DNA of 61,584 nt from Gemmatimonadales bacterium (GTDB taxonomy: Bacteria; Gemmatimonadota; Gemmatimonadetes; Gemmatimonadales; GWC2-71-9). Position numbers and translations under genes: made by a program. Positions 35,370 through 44,436 of this stretch are shown piece by piece. The number at the start of each line of letters is the position of its first letter. Position 1 is the stretch's first letter. The notes beneath the pieces are model-generated. The model saw only the letters and a program-made list of their open reading frames with translations. It had not been told where the DNA came from and did no database searches. The stretch lies in the NCBI GenBank assembly GCA_037916975.1, contig JBAIWX010000009.1, forward strand, positions 1 to 61,584. Direction: 5' to 3'.

Positions 35370-38051
35370 ATGATCGCCGCCCTGCTCCTCCAGGTCTCCC
35401 TGGCCGCAGCCGCCGCGCGCGGCGCCTCACCGGCGCCCGCTGCGGCGGCTGCGCGTTCCGACGCCCCGACCGCCGTCCGCGCCGCGCGCTCCGCCGGCGG
35501 CATCGCGGTGGACGGCGACCTCTCGGACGCGGCGTGGCAGCAGGCCGCGCCGATCGCGAACTTCGTGCAGCGCGAGCCCGCCGAGGGCGCGGCACCGACC
35601 GAGCGCACCACGGTGCGCATCCTCTTCGACGACGACGCGATCTACGTGGCCGCGGAGCTCCACGACACGCAGCCCGACTCGGTGCGCGCGCTGCTCGCGC
35701 GCCGCGACACGCGCTCGCCGAGCGACGCCTTCTACGTCTTCCTCGACTCCTACCGCGACCGGCGCAGCGGCTTCTACTTCGGCGTGAACGCCGCTGGCAC
35801 GCAGTACGACGGCACGCTCTTCAACGACGACTGGGACGACGACACCTGGGACGGCGTCTGGCAGGCCGCGGTGCGCCGCACGCCGGAGGGCTGGGCCGCC
35901 GAGCTGCGCATCCCGTACTCGCAGCTCCGCTTCCGCGCCGGTGCCGAGCAGGAGTGGGGCATCAACTTCAAGCGCGACATCGCGCGGAAGAACGAGTACG
36001 ACTACCTCGTCTACACGCCGCAGAACGGGAGCGGCTTCGTCTCGCGGTTCCCGGCGCTGGTGGGCCTCACGGGCGTCCACGCGCCGCGGCGGCTCGAGGT
36101 GCTCCCCTACGTCACCGGCCGCGCCGAGTTCCTGCGGCACGACGCCGGCGACCCGTACAACGACGGCTCGCGCTACCGCCCGGGCGTGGGCGCCGACGTG
36201 AAGATGGGCCTGGGGCCGAACCTCACCCTCTCGGGGACGGTGAACCCCGACTTCGGCCAGGTGGAGGTGGACCCGGCGGTGGTCAACCTGAGCGACGTCG
36301 AGGTCTTCTTCCAGGAGCGGCGGCCGTTCTTCGTCGAGGGCGCCAACCTCTTCGAGTTCGGCTACGGCGGGTCGAACAACTTCTGGGGCTTCAACTGGGG
36401 CGGGCCGCAGTTCCTCTACACGCGCCGCATCGGCCGGGCGCCGCGCGGCAGCCTCCCCGACGCGTCCTTCTCCGACGTGCCGCAGGGGACGCACATCCTG
36501 GGCGCCGCGAAGGTCTCGGGCCGGGTGGGGTCGTGGAACGTGGGGACGCTCTCCGCGCTCACGCAGCGGGAGTTCGCGCGCCTCACCGCGCTCGACGAGG
36601 CGGGCGGGCCCGCGCGCCAGTGGCGCGCCGAGGTGGAGCCGCTCGCGAGCTACAACGTGATCCGCGCGCAGAAGGAGGTGGACGGCGGCCGCCAGGGGAT
36701 CGGCGTCCTCGGCACGGCCACGCAGCGCTTCTTCGGCGACCGCCGGCTCGACGCCGAGATGAACCGCGGCGCCTACGCCGTGGGCCTCGACGGGTGGACC
36801 TTCCTCGATCGCGGGCGCGTCTGGGTGCTGAACGGCTGGGCCGGCTCGAGCCTCGTGACGGGGACGCCCGAGCGGATGCTCGCGCTCCAGCGGAACAGCA
36901 CCCACTACTTCCAGCGCCCCGACGCGCGGCACGTGCGCGTGGACTCGGCGGCGACCTCCCTCTTCGGCTGGGGCGGGCGGCTCACGCTCAACAAGCAGAA
37001 GGGGAACACGATGGTGAACGCGGCGCTCGGCGTCATCGACCCGGGCCTCGAGCTCAACGACCTGGGCTTCGCGCCGCGCACCGACATGGTCAACGCCCAC
37101 GCGGTGGTCGGCTACCGCTGGACGAAGCCGACCCGCTGGTACCAGCGGGCCAGCGTGAACACCGCCCTCTTCAGCTCGTGGGACTTCGGCGGCAACAACA
37201 CCTGGGCGGGGGTCTTCCACACCGGGAACCTGACGCTCAGGAACTTCTGGCGCCCGCGCTGGCGCGTCGCGGTGAACCCGCGGACGGTGAACGTGCGCGC
37301 GACCCGGGGCGGCCCGGCCATCCTGAACCAGCCCGGGGTCGAGCTGGGCGGCGGCTTCAGCTCCGACGACCGGAAGCTCCTCACCTTCGGGGTGGAGCTC
37401 TCGCTCAACCGGTTCGCCAACGGCGCGGACCGGAGCTGGGGGGTGGAGACCTGGGCGGAGTGGAAGCCGACGCAGCGCCTGCAGCTCATGTTCGGCCCGA
37501 GCCTCTTCCGGAACGTGGACGGGGCGCAGTACGTCGGCACCTTCGCCGACCCGCTCGCGACCGCCACGTACGGGAACCGCTACGTCTTCGGCGACCTGCG
37601 CCAGACCACGCTCTCGGCGAACGTGCGGCTCAACTGGATCTTCACGCCGAAGCTCTCGCTCGAGCTCTTCACGCAGCCGTTCGTCTCCTCGGGCGAGTAC
37701 GCGACGCTCAAGGAGCTCCGGCGGCCGCGCAGCTTCGACTTCCTGCGCTACGGCACCGAGGGCTCGACCTGGGACCGGGCCTCGGGGACGGTGGATCCCG
37801 ACGGCGCGGGGCCCGCGGCGCCGATCGGCGTGGGGAACCCGGACTTCACCTTCGCCTCGCTCCGCGGGAACGCCGTGCTCCGCTGGGAGTACGCGCCGGG
37901 CTCCACGCTCTTCCTCGTCTGGACGCACAACCGGAGCGCGGCGAACGCCGTCGGCCGCTTCGCGCCGGGGCGCGCCTTCGACGACCTCTTCGCCACGCCG
38001 GCGGACAACGTCCTGATGGTCAAGTTCACCTACTGGTGGAACCCCTCCTGA
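35370..38051 (+). CDS. CBM9-like / DUF5916 domain outer-membrane protein
   Basis: 893 aa with a signal peptide. It carries IAVDGDLSDAAWQQAAPIANFVQREPAEGAAPTERTTVRILFDDDAIYVAAEL, FYFGVNAAGTQYDG, and a long beta-rich C-terminus ending FTYWWNPS. Confidence 0.8.
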   Translation: MIAALLLQVSLAAAAARGASPAPAAAAARSDAPTAVRAARSAGGIAVDGDLSDAAWQQAAPIANFVQREPAEGAAPTERTTVRILFDDDAIYVAAELHDTQPDSVRALLARRDTRSPSDAFYVFLDSYRDRRSGFYFGVNAAGTQYDGTLFNDDWDDDTWDGVWQAAVRRTPEGWAAELRIPYSQLRFRAGAEQEWGINFKRDIARKNEYDYLVYTPQNGSGFVSRFPALVGLTGVHAPRRLEVLPYVTGRAEFLRHDAGDPYNDGSRYRPGVGADVKMGLGPNLTLSGTVNPDFGQVEVDPAVVNLSDVEVFFQERRPFFVEGANLFEFGYGGSNNFWGFNWGGPQFLYTRRIGRAPRGSLPDASFSDVPQGTHILGAAKVSGRVGSWNVGTLSALTQREFARLTALDEAGGPARQWRAEVEPLASYNVIRAQKEVDGGRQGIGVLGTATQRFFGDRRLDAEMNRGAYAVGLDGWTFLDRGRVWVLNGWAGSSLVTGTPERMLALQRNSTHYFQRPDARHVRVDSAATSLFGWGGRLTLNKQKGNTMVNAALGVIDPGLELNDLGFAPRTDMVNAHAVVGYRWTKPTRWYQRASVNTALFSSWDFGGNNTWAGVFHTGNLTLRNFWRPRWRVAVNPRTVNVRATRGGPAILNQPGVELGGGFSSDDRKLLTFGVELSLNRFANGADRSWGVETWAEWKPTQRLQLMFGPSLFRNVDGAQYVGTFADPLATATYGNRYVFGDLRQTTLSANVRLNWIFTPKLSLELFTQPFVSSGEYATLKELRRPRSFDFLRYGTEGSTWDRASGTVDPDGAGPAAPIGVGNPDFTFASLRGNAVLRWEYAPGSTLFLVWTHNRSAANAVGRFAPGRAFDDLFATPADNVLMVKFTYWWNPS

Positions 38052-38088
38052 CCGGGTGACGGCCGGCCGGGCGGCTATATTGTCGCCC

Positions 38089-39177
38089 ATGCCGAGCCAC
38101 CCCCTCCGCCGTGCCGGGGCCGGCGCGCTCGCCGCGCTGGCCCTCGCTGCCTGCGGTCCGTCGAGCCCGCCCCCGCCCGAGGTGACCCTGCCCGACGGCG
38201 GCGACACCGTGGTCGTCCGCTTCGCCGAGGCGCGCGACGCGGCGTGGCTCGGGGGGAACCGCTGGGCGGTCCTCCTCCCGGGCGGGCCCGAGGTGGAGGT
38301 GGTGGACCTCGCCGCCGGCACGGCCGTCCCGGTGGGCGGGGCGCTCAAGAACCCCGTCAGCCTCTTCCGCGCCGGCGACTCCCTCTACGTCGCCGACGTC
38401 TTCCCGCCGCGGCTCACCGTGCACGGCCTGGACGGCGCGCTCACGCGCAGCCTCTCGGCCCCCGCGATCGTGCGCGGCGCGCTGCCCCGGGCCCGCGACG
38501 CCAGGGGCAACTTCTACGTCGAGCTCCGCCCGGCGCCGGGCCCCGACGGGAGCGGCAACCGCGACAGCGCCGTGGTCCTCCGCCTGCCCGCCGACCTCGC
38601 GCGCGCCGACACCGTGGCGCGCCTGGCACCGCTCGACCTCGCCAAGGTGCAGTCCGCAACGGGCGAACGGTTCGAGCGCCGCGTCTTCAGCGGCGTGGAC
38701 CGCTGGGGGGTGCGGCCCGACGGCACCGTCTGGGTCGCCCGCGTGTACCACAACCGGCTCGACCGGATCGCCCCCGACGGGACCACGCGCCGCGGCGACG
38801 GCCTCCCCGACCGCGTCCTCGAGGTGACGCGCGCCGACCGCGAGGCCTTCGTGCGGAAGTTCCCCGCGGAGCTCCGGGCGAGCGCCGAGCAGCTGCCCTT
38901 CGCGCCGACCAAGGCGGCGTTCGACGTCGCGTTCACCGACGCGCGCGGCAACACCTGGCTCGAGCGGAGCCGCGCGGTGACCGACACGCTGCAGGGCTAC
39001 CTCGTGGTGGACCCCGACGGCCGTCTCGCCGGCATCGTGGACCTCCGCGGCGACGGCCACGTCATCGGCGCCGGCGACGGCACCGTGCTCGTGGCGGAGT
39101 ACTCGCCCCTCGGCACCCGGCTCCGCCAGGTGGCGGTGCCGCCCCTCGTCCCGGCCGCACCGACGAAGCGGCCGTAG
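38089..39177 (+). CDS. Lipoprotein P3, paralogue of P2 and P4
   Basis: ATG 38089 gives MPSHPLRRAGAGALAALALAAC (lipobox). TATATT lies 7 nt upstream of the ATG, so the transcript may be leaderless. Confidence 0.7.
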   Translation: MPSHPLRRAGAGALAALALAACGPSSPPPPEVTLPDGGDTVVVRFAEARDAAWLGGNRWAVLLPGGPEVEVVDLAAGTAVPVGGALKNPVSLFRAGDSLYVADVFPPRLTVHGLDGALTRSLSAPAIVRGALPRARDARGNFYVELRPAPGPDGSGNRDSAVVLRLPADLARADTVARLAPLDLAKVQSATGERFERRVFSGVDRWGVRPDGTVWVARVYHNRLDRIAPDGTTRRGDGLPDRVLEVTRADREAFVRKFPAELRASAEQLPFAPTKAAFDVAFTDARGNTWLERSRAVTDTLQGYLVVDPDGRLAGIVDLRGDGHVIGAGDGTVLVAEYSPLGTRLRQVAVPPLVPAAPTKRP

Positions 39178-39200
39178 TTCCCGACGCCCCAGGAGATCGC

Positions 39201-40304
39201 GTGACCCCGAACCGCCTCGCTCCCCTCGCCCTCCTCGGCGCGGTGGCCATCGGCTGCGCCGCCACCGCGGAGAAGGCCGCCCCGCCCGTGACGCTCGCGC
39301 AGGACGCCGCGCTCGCCGCCACCTTCGGCGGGGTGAGCAACGTGGTCGAGCTCGCCGACGGGCGCGTCGCCTTCGCCGACACGAAGGACAAGCGCTTCCT
39401 CCTCGCCGACTTCGCGACCGGCAAGGTGGACACCGTGGGGACCCAGGTGGACTCGCTCGCGGGCGACGCCGCGGGCCAGTACAAGTTCCCCGGCGCCGTC
39501 GCACACCTGGCCGGCGACACCCTCGCCCTCGTGGACTTCGCCGCGACGCGCACCACGCTCTGGACCGACCGGGGCGCCTTCGCCCGCGTGCTCCCGCTCC
39601 CGGCGGTGGGCGGCGCCACCCCGGTGCTCACGTACGACCGGGCGGGCCACGGCTACAAGACCGACTTCACCGCGGTGCTGGGCGGCGGGGAGCCGGGCAC
39701 GCCGGTCCGCCCCGACAGCCTCGCCGTGCTCCGCATCTCGCTCGGGAACGGGGCGGTGGACACGGTGGCTCGGCTCAGCGCCCCCGAGTACGGCGACGCG
39801 ACGTTCGGCGAGCAGGTGCAGTCGGTCGCGAAGGTGTTCGGCCCCAACGACGCCTTCGGCGCCACCGCCGATGGCGCCGTCTGGGTGGCGCGGGCGCGCA
39901 GCTTCTCGGTGGACTGGCGCGCGCCCGACGGGACGTGGACCCGCGGGAAGCCGCACGCCTGGACGAAGGTGCCGGTGACGGAGGCGGACCGAGCGGCGGT
40001 GCTCGAGCGGCTCTACGCGCGCGGGCTCCCGAAGGGGGTCGAGGTCAAGTTCCCCTTCGCCGAGACGAAGCCCGCGTTCGAACTGGCGCTCACGCGCGCG
40101 ACGGGCGAGGTCTGGCTCCAGTACAGCCGCGCGAAGGACACCGACGCCGCGCGCTACGCGGTGTTCGGCCGGGACGGGGCGTTCGTGCGCGACGCCATCG
40201 CGCCCGCGGGCGTGCTGCTCGCGGGCGTGGGCGCGACGAAGGCGTACGGGGTGACGAAGACGGCGGACGGGCGGCGGCAGCTGGTGCGGCTCGCCGTGCC
40301 CTGA
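39201..40304 (+). CDS. Lipoprotein P4, paralogue of P2 and P3
   Basis: GTG 39201 follows AGGAG and gives VTPNRLAPLALLGAVAIGC (lipobox). It shares the C-terminal block GEVWLQYSRAKDTDAARYAVFGRDGAFVRDAIAP. Confidence 0.7.
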   Translation: MTPNRLAPLALLGAVAIGCAATAEKAAPPVTLAQDAALAATFGGVSNVVELADGRVAFADTKDKRFLLADFATGKVDTVGTQVDSLAGDAAGQYKFPGAVAHLAGDTLALVDFAATRTTLWTDRGAFARVLPLPAVGGATPVLTYDRAGHGYKTDFTAVLGGGEPGTPVRPDSLAVLRISLGNGAVDTVARLSAPEYGDATFGEQVQSVAKVFGPNDAFGATADGAVWVARARSFSVDWRAPDGTWTRGKPHAWTKVPVTEADRAAVLERLYARGLPKGVEVKFPFAETKPAFELALTRATGEVWLQYSRAKDTDAARYAVFGRDGAFVRDAIAPAGVLLAGVGATKAYGVTKTADGRRQLVRLAVP

Positions 40305-40307
40305 CGC

Positions 40308-41030
40308 TCAGTCCATGATCGGCGGCGGGGCGTCGGGCGGCACCGGCGGCTCGCGGTCGGTCTTCCGGCGGTCGCGGCGCTGGCCCTCCTCGTACCAGCG
40401 CCGCGTGATCTCCCCCGCGAGGTCGCGGTTCCCGAGCCCGAAGGCGAGGCCGGCCGCGAGGGCCACGGCGCCGAGGATGAGCGTGAAGGCGCTCGTCACG
40501 ATCTCCTCGGCGACGCCCACCTGCTGCAGCGCCATGAACATCGCGATGAGCACCACGACGCCCTTCGCCACCTTGGCCACGGTGGGGACCCCGCTCACCG
40601 TCCCCGCCGAGGCGAGGATCACGGCGCGCACGAACTCGCCCACGATCATCCCCAGGATGACGATCACGATCCCCACGATGAGCGTGGGGATGAAGGCGAG
40701 CATCCGCCCGAAGGTCTCGTTGATGCTCTCGAGCCCGAGTGCCGCGCTCGCGAGGAGGATGACCACCAGCATCACGAGCCAGAACAGGAGGTTCGCGAAG
40801 GCGCGCACCGGGTCGAGGTGCGTGCCGGTCCGGACCACCACCTGGTCGAGTCCCTGCTCCTTCGCCACCCGGTTGAAGTCGAGCCGCTTGAGGGTCTGGT
40901 CGGCCCACTTCTGCAGCTGCCGCGCGAGCAGGTAGCCCGCGAGGAGGATGAGGAGCGCCGCCAGGAAGGCGGGCGCCACCTCGAGGATCTGCGCGCCGCC
41001 GGCGCGCAGCCGGTCCAGCAGCTCGTTCAC
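40308..41030 (-). CDS. Membrane protein with conserved-TM-helix repeats (MscS-associated TM_helix-like)
   Basis: GTG 41030 overlaps the upstream stop (GTGA). It has four TM segments, repeats ending LAFGLGNRDLAGEI, and a charged C-terminal tail. Confidence 0.6.
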   Translation of the reverse strand: MNELLDRLRAGGAQILEVAPAFLAALLILLAGYLLARQLQKWADQTLKRLDFNRVAKEQGLDQVVVRTGTHLDPVRAFANLLFWLVMLVVILLASAALGLESINETFGRMLAFIPTLIVGIVIVILGMIVGEFVRAVILASAGTVSGVPTVAKVAKGVVVLIAMFMALQQVGVAEEIVTSAFTLILGAVALAAGLAFGLGNRDLAGEITRRWYEEGQRRDRRKTDREPPVPPDAPPPIMD

Positions 41031-42064
41031 GTCGCCACCTCGATCACGAGTTTGCCCGCCTGCGCGCCCCGCGCCATGCGGGCGTACGCCTCGCGCGCCT
41101 GCGCGAGCGGCACCACGCCGTCCACCCTCGGCCGGAGCCTGCCCTCCCCCGCGAGCGCCGCGAGCGCGGCGAACTCCGCGCGGCTCCCCATCGTGCTGCC
41201 GAGGAGCGACCACTGGTGCCAGAAGAGCTTCCGCACGTCGAGCTGCACCATCGGCCCGCCGGTGGCGCCGCACGTGACTAGGCGGCCCCCGCGCCGGAGC
41301 GCGCGGAGCGAGCGCGTCCACGTCGGCTCGCCCACCGTCTCGACCACCACGTCGGCGCCGCGGTTCGCCGTGACCCGCCGCACCACGGCGAGCACGTCGC
41401 CGGTGGCGTGGTTGACCACGTGGTCCGCGCCGAGCGCCCGCGCGACGGCGAGCTTCGCGTCGTCGCCGCTCGTCGCGACGACGGTGGCGCCGAGGTGCTT
41501 CGCCACCTGCACCGCCGCCTGCGCCACGCCGCCACCCGCGCCCCACACGAGCACCGTCTCCCCGGCGGCGACGCGCGCCCGCGTCGCGAGCATCCGCCAC
41601 GCGGTGAGCGTCGCGAGCGGGAAGGCCGCCGCCTCCGCCCAGCTGAACCCGGCCGGCGCCGGCGCGAGGTTCGCCTCCGGCACCACGACGTAGTCGGCCA
41701 TCGTCCCGTGGCGGTGCTCCCCCAGGAGCTGGAAGGCGGGGCAGAGCGACTCCTCGCCCGCCCGGCACTCGGCGCAGGTGCCGCAGGAGAGGCCGGGGTT
41801 CAGCATCACGCGGTCGCCGGGACGCACCGCGGTCACCGCGCTCCCGACGGCGTCCACCACCCCCGCCCCGTCGGCGCCCACCACGTGCGGGAAGGCGTAC
41901 GCCACGCCCGGGAGGCCGTCGGCGACGAAGAGGTCGAGGTGGTTGAGCGCCGCGGCGTGCACGCGCACGCGCACGTCGTGCGGGCCGTCGAGCGCGGGGA
42001 CGGGGAGGTCCACCAGCGCGAGGTGCTCCGGCCCGCCGGTGGCGGTGAGCGCGAGCGCGCGCAT
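41027..42064 (-). CDS. Zinc-type alcohol dehydrogenase / quinone oxidoreductase (MDR superfamily)
   Basis: MRALALTATGGPEHLALVDLPVP, GADGAGVVDAVG, CGTCAECRAGEE, LVWGAGGGVAQAAVQVAK. Confidence 0.9.
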   Translation of the reverse strand: MRALALTATGGPEHLALVDLPVPALDGPHDVRVRVHAAALNHLDLFVADGLPGVAYAFPHVVGADGAGVVDAVGSAVTAVRPGDRVMLNPGLSCGTCAECRAGEESLCPAFQLLGEHRHGTMADYVVVPEANLAPAPAGFSWAEAAAFPLATLTAWRMLATRARVAAGETVLVWGAGGGVAQAAVQVAKHLGATVVATSGDDAKLAVARALGADHVVNHATGDVLAVVRRVTANRGADVVVETVGEPTWTRSLRALRRGGRLVTCGATGGPMVQLDVRKLFWHQWSLLGSTMGSRAEFAALAALAGEGRLRPRVDGVVPLAQAREAYARMARGAQAGKLVIEVAT

Positions 42065-42081
42065 GAGGAGCGGGGCGGCGC

Positions 42082-44313
42082 TCACCGGAAGGCGGGCGAC
42101 TGCACCTGCTCGCCGGGCCGGAGGCGCACGGTGGCGGGCGCGGCGCCGGGCGTCGCCGCCTGGATCACGAGCGCGAAGCCGCCGGCGCCGCGCTCGGCGT
42201 CGCTCCGGGCGCTCACCCACGCGAGACGGCTCCCGTCGCGCGAGACGGCGAACCCCGTGACCGGCCGGTCGCTCGTGGCGAGCGTCACCGGCGCGACGCC
42301 GCCGGCGGGGCCGGCGAGGATCGCCGAGCTGCTCGTGCCGCGGTCCACCACCCACGCGAGCCGCCCGCCCGGCAGCCAGCGCGGCAGCCGCTCCCGCTCG
42401 GGGGTCGTGGTGAGGCGCCGCTCGTCGGCGCCGTCGATCCGGATGTCGTAGAGGTCGGCCCCGGAGGCGTCGCTCCGCACGAACGCGACCCGCGCGCCGT
42501 CGGGCGAGACGCTGGGCGACGTGGCACTCGCGGTCGGGGCGGTGAGCGGGCGGAGCCCCGTGCCGTCGGCCCCGACCACCCAGAGGCGGCTCGTGCCGCC
42601 GCGGGTGGAGCTGAAGACCAGCGCGGAGCCGTCGGGAAGCCACTGCGGCTCGCCGTCGAAGGCGGGATCGTCGGTCAGGCGGCGGCGGTTCGTGCCGTCG
42701 GCGTCCGCCACCCAGACGTCGTAGTTCCCGCCCTGGTTCGAGGTCCACGCGAGCCGGGTCCCGTCGGGCGAGAGGGCGGGCTGCACCGCGGTGGCGCCGT
42801 CGTCCAGCACGAGCCGGAGCGAGTCGGGGTTCGCGACGGTGAGGTCGTAGATCGCGGGCCGGCCGCCGCGGGTCGAGGCCACGAACAGGTCGCCGGTGAC
42901 GAACACCGGCACCTCGGCGCTCCGCCCCCACGGCGCGGTGGCGGTGATGGTGGCCCGGCCGCGGGTGCCGGCCTCGACGGAGCCGTCCGGCCGCACGCGC
43001 GCCACGCGTGGTTCGCTCGTCACCCAGCGGGCCCCCTCGAGCGGCCCGAGTTCCTTTCCGTCGGGGTCGAGGAGCCGCGCCGAGAGTTGCGCCGCGCCGT
43101 CGGGGGCGAGGCCGAGGCGCGCGGGGCGGATCGCGACGTCGGCGGGGACGACCTCGATCTCCCAGGTCGCGGGAGCGACGCCGGGGACCTTCGCGGTGAC
43201 GGTGGTGCGGCCGGCCGCGAGCCCGGTCAGTGCGCCGCGGGCCCGGTCGAACGCGACGAGCGCCGTGTCCCCCACGGTCCATGCGACCGTGGCCCCCGCC
43301 ACCGGCCGCCCGGCGGTGTCCACCGCCTGTGCGGAGAGGGTGCGGGTGCCCTGCACCGCGAGGCGGAGCGGCCCCTTGCTGAATGGGGGCGAGACCTCGA
43401 GTCCCGCCACGGCGGAGTAGACGGTGATGGGAATCCGGAGCGCGACGTCGGGCCCGACCATGACGGCGGCGGCCGTCCCCGGCGCGCGCCCGGCGACGAT
43501 CCCCTGCGGCGTCACGGTGGCGACGGCGGTATCGGAGCTCGTCCACGCGAAGCCGCCGCCCAGCGGGCGGTCACCCTGCGCGGGGACGATGGCGCGGATC
43601 GAGTCCACGTCCCCCACGCCGAGGCGGAGCTCGGTCCGCGTCACGCCGACGTCGGCGGGGACGACCTTCACGGTGGCCGTGGCGATGAGCCCCGCCGCGA
43701 GCGCCTGCACGACGCCGGTCCCCGCGGCCAGCGCCTCCACCGTCCCGGCGGCATCCACCCGGACGAGGGCGGGGTGGAGCGTGCGCCAGGTGACGGGGCC
43801 CGTCTCCGCCTCGCCGCCGTCCGCCCGGCGGGCGACGAGCCGGAGCGGCTGCCGTTCGCCGGGGATCAGCACGAGGGGCTGGGGCTCGAGCGCCAGCGAG
43901 ACGGGGCGGGTGGCGGCGCTCGGCCCGGTGACGGTCACGGTGATGGCCCCCCGCCGGGACCCGGCGATCGCCTCGATCCGCGCCGCACCGGGCCCGGTGG
44001 CGGTCACCGTCCCGTCCGGGGCCACCGTCGCCACCGCCGTGTCGGAGCTCGCGAAGGTGACCTTCACGTCGAGGAGGACGTTGCCGTCCTTGTCGAAGGC
44101 GAGGGCGGAGACCGGCTGCCGGGCCCCGGTCGCGAGCGCCAGGGACGGCGGCGTCACCCGGACCTCCGCCACGGGGGCCTGGGCGGAGGCGGGCCGGGGG
44201 CCAAGCACGGCAAGCCCGGCCGTCACGAGCAGGAGGAGTCGGCGCGGGGTCGGGGTCACTGGCGGGCTCGGCGTGGCGGCGGGGTTCGAGGTGCGGGAAG
44301 TATACGCGCCCAC
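42082..44313 (-). CDS. Secreted protein with five Big_2 Ig-like domains plus a C-terminal TolB-like (PD40) beta-propeller
   Basis: Five repeats of the form ...SSDTAVATV.PDGTVTA.G.G. A PD40-like repeat follows: SPDGTRLAWTSNQGGNYDVWVADADGTNRRRLT. An alternative GTG start at 44259 is possible. Confidence 0.8.
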   Translation of the reverse strand: MGAYTSRTSNPAATPSPPVTPTPRRLLLLVTAGLAVLGPRPASAQAPVAEVRVTPPSLALATGARQPVSALAFDKDGNVLLDVKVTFASSDTAVATVAPDGTVTATGPGAARIEAIAGSRRGAITVTVTGPSAATRPVSLALEPQPLVLIPGERQPLRLVARRADGGEAETGPVTWRTLHPALVRVDAAGTVEALAAGTGVVQALAAGLIATATVKVVPADVGVTRTELRLGVGDVDSIRAIVPAQGDRPLGGGFAWTSSDTAVATVTPQGIVAGRAPGTAAAVMVGPDVALRIPITVYSAVAGLEVSPPFSKGPLRLAVQGTRTLSAQAVDTAGRPVAGATVAWTVGDTALVAFDRARGALTGLAAGRTTVTAKVPGVAPATWEIEVVPADVAIRPARLGLAPDGAAQLSARLLDPDGKELGPLEGARWVTSEPRVARVRPDGSVEAGTRGRATITATAPWGRSAEVPVFVTGDLFVASTRGGRPAIYDLTVANPDSLRLVLDDGATAVQPALSPDGTRLAWTSNQGGNYDVWVADADGTNRRRLTDDPAFDGEPQWLPDGSALVFSSTRGGTSRLWVVGADGTGLRPLTAPTASATSPSVSPDGARVAFVRSDASGADLYDIRIDGADERRLTTTPERERLPRWLPGGRLAWVVDRGTSSSAILAGPAGGVAPVTLATSDRPVTGFAVSRDGSRLAWVSARSDAERGAGGFALVIQAATPGAAPATVRLRPGEQVQSPAFR

Positions 44314-44436
44314 CTGCGTGCGCGCAGTCTTGCAGAGCGGGACAACTTGTGCATCTTAGACGGCAACCGCGGGAGGCGTCCCGCCTCGTCCCGCAGCAGT
44401 CCCCGCCACACGTTATCGCCCCAGAAGGAGCCGACC

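Noticed and set aside
34676-38348. 1127-aa (+) and 973-aa (-) ORFs overlapping the HEAT-2 and DUF5916 genes.
   Set aside because: Both have spurious composition. The frame at 35370..38051 gives a recognisable CBM9/DUF5916-like protein.
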